Of a stretch of 32,000 bases of DNA, positions 26,338-32,000 are shown one piece after another. Numbering within the stretch: the first letter of the stretch is position 1; every line of letters begins with the position of its first letter. The position numbers and the translations under genes were made by a program. The DNA is taken from contig NC_004459.3 of NCBI RefSeq assembly GCF_000039765.1, positions 3,106,104 to 3,138,103 on the forward strand. The letters run 5' to 3'. This DNA comes from Vibrio vulnificus CMCP6. Lineage in GTDB: Bacteria; Pseudomonadota; Gammaproteobacteria; Enterobacterales; Vibrionaceae. The notes under the pieces were generated by a model. It did no database searches. It was not told the origin of the DNA and was given only the letters and a program-made list of their open reading frames with translations.

Positions 26338-27048
26338 ATGTCTGGAACAACGGTTGATTTGAACTGGATATTTGGTACCGCACAAGACGACGATCTGAAA
26401 GGCACCGTAGGATCGGAAACCACTGATATATTCTTTGGCTTTGGAGGTGACGATAAGTTCGTCGGCTTCGGGGGAAACGACTATATTTTTGGCGGATGGG
26501 GTAACGATACCCTGCTAGGCGGTCGTGGTAATGATTTCATTTCCGGCGGCTCAGGAAATGACTTTCTCTCCGGAGGTTTAGGTAATGACACCCTCTTTGG
26601 CGGAAGCGGTGACGACATCATTTATGACTACGAAGGGAATAACTTTCTCAGCGGCGGTTGGGGTAATGACACGCTGGTCGTAGGACACGGCGATTCAATG
26701 CTCAGCGGTGGTTGCGGAAAGGACACGTTTGTTCTCACCAACCATTTGCCGATCAACGTACACGATCAACAAGTGCCAGTGAATGACATTGAAGTCAAAG
26801 CCGAGATCCTCGACTTTAATCTGTGCTACGACAAAATTTCGTTCAATATCGGCAAAGATACCAATGGAGATGGTATTCGCGACACCTTTCTTCAGTCACG
26901 AGATGAGCTTGATCTCTCGTTCAATCAATGGGGAGACGCTGTATTCTCCAGCGAAGAATGGGGAGTCGAACTCACCCTCACAGGCATTTCTCAATACGAT
27001 ATGAATTGGATTGATCATTACGGTATTGAGCTGTTTGATTTTGCTTGA
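26338..27048 (+). CDS. Small RTX-type (hemolysin-type calcium-binding repeat) protein, orphan
   Basis: 236 aa with an AAGGAATAATCT SD-like tract before the ATG and no N-terminal signal peptide. Residues 34-132 form 11 consecutive GGxGxDxUx nonapeptides. The C-terminal ~100 aa are acidic and I recognise no homology. Confidence 0.85.
   Translation: MSGTTVDLNWIFGTAQDDDLKGTVGSETTDIFFGFGGDDKFVGFGGNDYIFGGWGNDTLLGGRGNDFISGGSGNDFLSGGLGNDTLFGGSGDDIIYDYEGNNFLSGGWGNDTLVVGHGDSMLSGGCGKDTFVLTNHLPINVHDQQVPVNDIEVKAEILDFNLCYDKISFNIGKDTNGDGIRDTFLQSRDELDLSFNQWGDAVFSSEEWGVELTLTGISQYDMNWIDHYGIELFDFA
26437..26733 (+). repeat. 27-bp-periodic coding repeat (11 RTX nonapeptide units)
   Basis: The units are [90 protein letters not shown] and GGCGKDTFV. 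They sit in unbroken 9-residue register. The repeat is at the protein level and the DNA copies have diverged. Confidence 0.85.
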
Positions 27049-27069
27049 TAAGTGCGAGTATCGTCACTT

Positions 27070-27097
27070 AAAAACAAAGGGAAGCTAAGCTTCCCTT
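27070..27097 (-). terminator. Terminator after yciO (hairpin shared with the convergent RTX gene)
   Basis: AAGGGAAGC (27077-27085) pairs with GCTTCCCTT (27089-27097) around a 3-nt loop. On the minus strand it is followed by UUUGUUUUU. There is no real U-run on the plus strand. Confidence 0.75.
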
Positions 27098-27123
27098 TGA
27101 ACTATACGTCATCACTAACATCA

Positions 27124-27744
27124 TTACTCAAATGGTGCTGGGTCACCAGAGCCAATACGTGCAACAACCGCATCACCTTCACTAAAGTCAATCACCGTCG
27201 TTGGTTGCTCGCCCAAGTAACCCCCGTTAAGAATCACATCAACCGCGTGTTCAAGTTTATCGCGGATCTCTTCTGGATCGGCTTCCGTTACCTCTTTGCC
27301 TGGCAAAATCAGTGATGTCGACATCAATGGCTCACCCAACGCATCAAGCAGATCTAGGGCAATACGGTTATCGGGTACACGAATACCTATGGTCTTACGC
27401 TTAGCGTTCATCAAACGACGCGGCACTTCTTTGGTCCCTTTAAAAATAAAGGTGTAAGGACCTGGAGTGTTGTTCTTTAACAAACGAAACGCCGTGTTAT
27501 CCACACGTGCGTAAATGGACAACTCTGAAAGGTCACGGCACAACAGTGTGAAGTTGTGTTTTTCGTCTAAGCGACGGATCTGGCAAATTCTGTCTAATGC
27601 TTGCTTGTTTTCTAATTGACAGCCCAACGCGTATCCTGAATCGGTTGGATACACCACCACTCCGCCATTTCGAATGATTGCTACGGCTTGATTAATCAAG
27701 CGAGCCTGTGGGTTTTCTGGATGAACGTAAAAAAACTGGCTCAT
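27124..27744 (-). CDS. yciO: YciO (Sua5/YrdC/YciO family, TsaC paralogue)
   Basis: 206 aa. MSQFFYVHPENPQARLINQAVAIIRNGGVVVYPTDSGYALGC is nearly identical to the E. coli YciO N-terminus and collinear throughout. Confidence 0.94.
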   Translation of the reverse strand: MSQFFYVHPENPQARLINQAVAIIRNGGVVVYPTDSGYALGCQLENKQALDRICQIRRLDEKHNFTLLCRDLSELSIYARVDNTAFRLLKNNTPGPYTFIFKGTKEVPRRLMNAKRKTIGIRVPDNRIALDLLDALGEPLMSTSLILPGKEVTEADPEEIRDKLEHAVDVILNGGYLGEQPTTVIDFSEGDAVVARIGSGDPAPFE

Positions 27745-27774
27745 GGTAATTCCTCATTATCGAACCTCTCGGCT

Positions 27775-28656
27775 CTATAGCTCTGGGGCAATCGTAGACA
27801 CGGTTTGAATTTTGTCTACCGGTTCTAAACCCCAATCTTTCCACACTGGTTCAACCCCCGCGGGTAACCAGAGGTTTCTTCCCAATTCCATCCACGGAGA
27901 CGGATAATGAAAATCACTGCCTTGGGAAGCTAATAGTTTGTATTGTATTGCATAATCAGCCAAATTGCGCCTTTCTTGCTGCGATTGTTGTGGCTGCGCT
28001 ACTTCCATCGCATCGCCACCGGCCTCGACAAAGGCTTGTAACAAGCGTTTCAACCATTTCGCCGTCAAGTTGTATCGCGCTGGGTGTGCAAGCACCGCTT
28101 GGCCCCCTGCGGCATGAATGGCTTTCACTGCGTCATCAATTGAACACCAGTTTGGCGGGACATAACCCGGGTTGTTACGCGTTAAGTATTTTTTAAACAC
28201 CTGCTGCATCGTTTTGGCATAACCATTATCCACCAGCCATTTGGCAAAGTGAGCACGGGTAATCGGCGCTCCATCAGCGATTTGTCGCACCTCTTCGAGC
28301 ACACCTTCCCGTGTCGCTTTTTGCAAACGTTGTGCAATCAGCTCAGCGCGGTTAACACGATGTTCTTGTTGCTGCTCAATCAGTTGATTCAGTGTCATGT
28401 TGTTAGGATCAACATTTAATCCCACGACATGGATGTCTTTATTCTGCCAAACCGTGGATATTTCAATGCCATTAATGATTTTAATTGGCAATTGCTTCTC
28501 ATCGACATAACGATGTATTTCCGCCAACGCTTCTACCGTATCATGATCGGTCACCGCGAGCACATCCAAGTCAAACGTAAGGGCTCGCTCGATGAGTTCT
28601 TGCGGTGAAAAACGACCATCCGAGGCCGTCGTGTGGCTATGTAAATCTATTCTCAT
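27775..28656 (-). CDS. trpH: PHP-domain phosphoesterase TrpH/YciV (RNase AM)
   Basis: 293 aa. It has the PHP motifs [19 protein letters not shown] and AVLAHPARY, plus ...[24 protein letters not shown]. It is collinear with E. coli YciV and divergent from the trp operon as in E. coli. Confidence 0.93.
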   Translation of the reverse strand: MRIDLHSHTTASDGRFSPQELIERALTFDLDVLAVTDHDTVEALAEIHRYVDEKQLPIKIINGIEISTVWQNKDIHVVGLNVDPNNMTLNQLIEQQQEHRVNRAELIAQRLQKATREGVLEEVRQIADGAPITRAHFAKWLVDNGYAKTMQQVFKKYLTRNNPGYVPPNWCSIDDAVKAIHAAGGQAVLAHPARYNLTAKWLKRLLQAFVEAGGDAMEVAQPQQSQQERRNLADYAIQYKLLASQGSDFHYPSPWMELGRNLWLPAGVEPVWKDWGLEPVDKIQTVSTIAPEL

Positions 28657-28674
28657 ATATTTGCTACTAGGGGG

Positions 28675-28708
28675 TTGACTTTTTACCCTTGCACTAGTTA
28701 ACTAGTAC
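28675..28708 (+). promoter_or_regulatory. trp promoter with overlapping TrpR operator
   Basis: TTGACT (28675-28680), 17 bp spacer, TTAACT (28698-28703), as in the E. coli trp promoter. GCACTAGTTAACTAGTAC (28691-28708) matches the TrpR operator TGTACTAGTTAACTAGTAC. Confidence 0.85.
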
Positions 28709-28741
28709 ACAAATACAAAGTACCTGACTATAGGGCCGACC

Positions 28742-28867
28742 ATGTTACAAGAATTTAACCACAACCAGAAAGCGAAACTTGCTCTGCATAACGAGAATGT
28801 CAATGCAGCAGAGCTCGCTTGGTGGCGCACTTGGACAAGTTCTTGGTGGGCTAACGTGTACTTTTAA
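28742..28867 (+). CDS. trpL: trp operon leader peptide
   Basis: 41 codons, too short for the ORF track: MLQEFNHNQKAKLALHNENVNAAELAWWRTWTSSWWANVYF*. There are five Trp codons in the last 15 positions. It lies between the trp operator and a terminator hairpin upstream of trpE. Confidence 0.85.
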   Translation: MLQEFNHNQKAKLALHNENVNAAELAWWRTWTSSWWANVYF

Positions 28868-28886
28868 TAAAGAAAATGAATCACAC

Positions 28887-28918
28887 AAAGCCCGCTAACC
28901 ATGCGGGCTTTTTATTTT
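28887..28918 (+). terminator. trp attenuator (intrinsic terminator in the leader)
   Basis: AAAGCCCGC (28887-28895) pairs with GCGGGCTTT (28903-28911) around a 7-nt loop, then TTTATTTT. A candidate competing helix pairs GGGCU..GUGU (28848-28859) with ACAC..AGCCC (28883-28893). Confidence 0.85.
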
Positions 28919-29044
28919 GTTGCACATCTCACAATCAACTGATTAAACATTCATCAAAACGAACAAATTCTGCGTTGGGTGAACGTTTGCTTTGTGCGAG
29001 TATGTACAGCAGGAAGACAAAGAATTGAATAATAAGGAGGTCTT

Positions 29045-30610
29045 GTGAACAAGGCCATTAACATCACCACACTAGGACAGCTAGAGCTTCTGTCAACGAC
29101 GGTTCCTTACCATTCGGATCCTACGCGCCTTTTTCACACTTTGTGTGAAAACAAGCGCGATAGCTTATTGCTCGAATCAGCTGAAATCGATTCAAAACAA
29201 GATCTTAAAAGCTTACTGATTGTCGATTCCGCGGTACGTATGGTTTGCCATGGCCATGTCGTGACCATGACGGCACTCAGTGACAACGGCAAGAATCTGT
29301 TAACGCATTTGACAAAGAATGTCGCGCAAGAGGTTGAACATCAGTTTGATGGACAACAACTTACTCTCACCTTCTCAAGCCCAGATGACCGCCTAGATGA
29401 AGACTCTCGCTTACGTGAAGCCTCTAGTTTCGACGCATTGAGACTGGTTCAACACAGTTTTGATTTGGCGGAAAAAGACAAGCACGCGATCTTTATCGGC
29501 GGTCTGTTTGCCTATGACTTGGTGGCCAACTTTGAACCACTGGGTGAAGCCCACGCAATAAATCAATGTCCTGACTATGTCTTCTACGTGGCAGAAACGC
29601 TGATGGTGGTCGACCACCAGACCGAGAGTTGCCATTTACAAGCAACGCTTTTTGCAGACGACTCACAAAAAGAAGCACTAAATCAGCGTATTGAACAAAT
29701 CCGCACTCTGTGTGCTACCCCGAAAGCGCTACCTAAAGCCATTCATCTCGATAAGGTTGAGGTCGATACCAATATCAGCGATGACGCCTTTTGCCAAGTG
29801 GTACGCGACCTAAAGCAATACGTAGTCAAAGGCGACATTTTCCAAGTCGTACCATCACGCCGCTTTACCCTGCCCTGCCCGTCACCATTGGCGGCGTATA
29901 AAGAGCTCAAAGTCAGCAACCCAAGCCCTTACATGTTTTACATGCAAGATGAACTCTTTACGTTGTTTGGCGCATCACCGGAAAGCGCGTTGAAATATGA
30001 AACGCAAACCAATCAGGTGGAGATCTACCCCATTGCTGGTACTCGACGCCGTGGCAAGCGAGCCAATGGTGAGATCGATTTCGACCTCGATAGTCGAATT
30101 GAACTCGAACTTCGCACTGACAAGAAAGAAAACGCCGAGCACATGATGTTGGTGGATCTCGCTCGAAATGATGTCGCACGCATTTCTCGCGCAGGGACAC
30201 GCCACGTCGCCGATTTACTTAAAGTGGACCGCTACAGCCATGTGATGCACTTGGTCTCACGCGTTGTTGGACAATTACGTGACGATCTTGACGCACTACA
30301 CGCCTACCAAGCGTGTATGAATATGGGCACATTAACGGGCGCTCCGAAAATTCGTGCCATGCAATTGATTCGTGATGTTGAAGGGGCTCGCCGTGGCAGT
30401 TACGGTGGGGCTGTCGGTTACCTCACTGGCGAAGGGACACTGGATACCTGTATCGTGATTCGTTCGGCTTACGTTGAAAACGGCATTGCACAAGTGCAAG
30501 CCGGTGCCGGAGTGGTCTTTGATTCCGCCCCCCAAGCCGAAGCCGATGAGACGCGCGGCAAAGCTCAGGCAGTCATCTCTGCCATTCAGAAAGCCCACAA
30601 GGAGTCGTAA
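29045..30610 (+). CDS. trpE: Anthranilate synthase component I
   Basis: 521 aa. GTG start with AAGGAGG 5 nt upstream. Chorismate-binding signatures are present: LLESAEIDSK (Trp feedback site region), NPSPYMFY, GTLTGAPKIRAMQLI and RGSYGGAVGY. Confidence 0.96.
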   Translation: MNKAINITTLGQLELLSTTVPYHSDPTRLFHTLCENKRDSLLLESAEIDSKQDLKSLLIVDSAVRMVCHGHVVTMTALSDNGKNLLTHLTKNVAQEVEHQFDGQQLTLTFSSPDDRLDEDSRLREASSFDALRLVQHSFDLAEKDKHAIFIGGLFAYDLVANFEPLGEAHAINQCPDYVFYVAETLMVVDHQTESCHLQATLFADDSQKEALNQRIEQIRTLCATPKALPKAIHLDKVEVDTNISDDAFCQVVRDLKQYVVKGDIFQVVPSRRFTLPCPSPLAAYKELKVSNPSPYMFYMQDELFTLFGASPESALKYETQTNQVEIYPIAGTRRRGKRANGEIDFDLDSRIELELRTDKKENAEHMMLVDLARNDVARISRAGTRHVADLLKVDRYSHVMHLVSRVVGQLRDDLDALHAYQACMNMGTLTGAPKIRAMQLIRDVEGARRGSYGGAVGYLTGEGTLDTCIVIRSAYVENGIAQVQAGAGVVFDSAPQAEADETRGKAQAVISAIQKAHKES

Positions 30611-30612
30611 AG

Positions 30613-31191
30613 ATGGCGGACATTGTATTTATCGATAACTTCGATTCATTTACCTACAACTTGGTTGATCAGTTCCGCTCTTTAGGCCACCAAGTAAAGA
30701 TTTACCGCAATAGTATTGCCACAGACACTATTGTAGACGCGATTGAGCAACTCGAGCGCCCAGTGGTGCTGCTCTCTCCAGGGCCAGGCGCGCCATCAGA
30801 GGCGGGCTGTATGCCAGAGTTAATTGCTCGCGTCAAAGGCAAAGTCCCAGTGATTGGCATTTGTCTCGGCCATCAGGCAATTGTGGAAGCCTACGGCGGC
30901 ACCGTGGCTGGCGCAGGCGAGATCATCCATGGCAAAGTCTCGATGATGGAGCACCAAAGCCATGCGATTTATCAAGGGTTGCCATCCCCACTGGCTATTG
31001 CGCGCTACCACTCGTTGGTGGCAACACACGTACCGCAAACACTGACCGTAACCGCCGAAGTGAATGGCCTTGTTATGTCGGTGGTTAACGAAGAAGACAA
31101 AGTGTGCGGTTTTCAATTTCACCCAGAGTCCATCATGACGACACAAGGTGCGACGTTGTTAGCCAACGCGATTAACTGGGCATTAGCATAA
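30613..31191 (+). CDS. trpG: Anthranilate synthase component II (glutamine amidotransferase), stand-alone
   Basis: 192 aa. It has the class-I GATase triad context GICLGHQAI and FQFHPES. It is separate from trpD, the Vibrio-type organisation, unlike the E. coli TrpG-TrpD fusion. Confidence 0.95.
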   Translation: MADIVFIDNFDSFTYNLVDQFRSLGHQVKIYRNSIATDTIVDAIEQLERPVVLLSPGPGAPSEAGCMPELIARVKGKVPVIGICLGHQAIVEAYGGTVAGAGEIIHGKVSMMEHQSHAIYQGLPSPLAIARYHSLVATHVPQTLTVTAEVNGLVMSVVNEEDKVCGFQFHPESIMTTQGATLLANAINWALA

Positions 31192-31209
31192 GGATTGGGA
31201 GAAAAGATT

Positions 31210-32000
31210 ATGGAAGCCATCATCAACAAACTGTATCAGCAAGCATCTCTGACAGAGCAAGAGAGCCAACAACTTTTCGACACCATTATTCGCGGCGAGT
31301 TAGACCCCATTCTCATGGCTTCGGCCCTAACCGCACTGAAAATCAAAGGGGAAACACCCGATGAAATTGCCGGTGCAGCCAAAGCATTACTTGCCAATGC
31401 GCAACCTTTCCCGCGTCCTGATTACGATTTTGCCGACATCGTGGGCACGGGTGGCGATGGCCACAACACCATCAATATCTCGACAACCGCAGCCTTTGTG
31501 GCCGCAGCCTGTGGGTTGAAAGTCGCTAAGCATGGCAATCGCAGCGTTTCAAGTAAATCTGGCTCTTCCGATCTACTTGATTCATTTGGCATCAACCTCG
31601 CGATGAGTGCAGAAGATACTCGCTCAGCCGTCGATAACATTGGCGTCGCCTTTTTGTTTGCACCTCAATACCATAGCGGTGTGAAGCATGCGATGCCTGT
31701 GCGCCAAACCATGAAAACGCGCACCATCTTCAACATCTTAGGCCCTTTGATTAACCCTGCGCGCCCTAACATCGAACTGATGGGTGTATACAGCCAAGAA
31801 CTGGTTCGCCCTATCGCAGAAACCATGTTGAAAATGGGCATGAAACGCGCCGCGGTCGTGCATGGCAGCGGCTTGGATGAAGTCGCTATTCATGGCGACA
31901 CCTTGGTCGCAGAAATCAAAGATGGCGTGATTCACGAATACACTCTCACCCCAGCCGACTTTGGCGTCAATACACATCCATTGGAAGCGATTAAGGGTGG
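31210..32000 (+). CDS. trpD: Anthranilate phosphoribosyltransferase (5' part; continues off the right edge)
   Basis: The open frame from the ATG at 31210 (GGGAGAAAAG upstream) translates [61 protein letters not shown]...[48 protein letters not shown], typical TrpD motifs. It is not in the ORF track because there is no stop inside the window. Confidence 0.93.
   Translation, partial: MEAIINKLYQQASLTEQESQQLFDTIIRGELDPILMASALTALKIKGETPDEIAGAAKALLANAQPFPRPDYDFADIVGTGGDGHNTINISTTAAFVAAACGLKVAKHGNRSVSSKSGSSDLLDSFGINLAMSAEDTRSAVDNIGVAFLFAPQYHSGVKHAMPVRQTMKTRTIFNILGPLINPARPNIELMGVYSQELVRPIAETMLKMGMKRAAVVHGSGLDEVAIHGDTLVAEIKDGVIHEYTLTPADFGVNTHPLEAIKG

Noticed and set aside
26338-27048. The RTX protein as a fragment of a MARTX or large RTX toxin, or as a pseudogene
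   Set aside because: The ORF is intact, with its own SD-like tract, start and stop, and the repeat register is unbroken. No flanking toxin-activation or T1SS genes or remnants are visible. I treat it as a stand-alone small RTX protein.
1-32000. A scan for CRISPR arrays, IS elements/transposases, integron attC/VCR-type repeats, prophage genes and known defence-system signatures
   Set aside because: I found none. There are no regularly spaced direct repeats, no terminal inverted repeats flanking ORFs, and no recombinase-like ORFs in the six-frame track.

Overview
The window reads as a Vibrio-type (Vibrionaceae) chromosomal segment made almost entirely of conserved housekeeping genes. This origin is inferred from protein similarity to E. 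coli and Vibrio orthologues, the norspermidine operon, and trpG being separate from trpD.

Gene order, left to right:
- gyrA 5' end (minus strand, truncated at the edge), then ubiG, nrdA-nrdB-yfaE and a CinA/YfaY-like gene
- an exported hypothetical protein and a tandem-ACT (GcvR-like) protein
- the norspermidine biosynthesis operon (fused dat-ddc, carboxynorspermidine synthase, nspC)
- a four-gene tRNA operon (Cys-Gly-Leu-Gly) downstream of pgsA-uvrC-uvrY
- polB, an EIIC-like/EAL fusion protein and an AadA-like nucleotidyltransferase
- yeiP(efpL)-yciU, rluB and a small orphan RTX-repeat protein
- yciO-trpH, then the trp promoter/operator, trpL leader, attenuator and trpE-trpG-trpD (truncated at the right edge)

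I see no CRISPR array, transposase, integrase, prophage or recognisable defence island, and no convincing multi-gene novel system.

The items most worth a second look are:
1. the membrane EIIC-like::EAL c-di-GMP phosphodiesterase fusion
2. the gene just upstream of it, an AadA-like nucleotidyltransferase whose catalytic DxD reads DxV
3. the orphan 11-unit RTX beta-roll protein in the rluB/yciO slot
4. the roughly 390-550 nt hairpin-rich region upstream of the norspermidine operon, which carries a 9-codon mini-ORF
5. the tight yeiP-yciU coupling

All calls come from reading the sequence and from remembered family knowledge. No searches were run.
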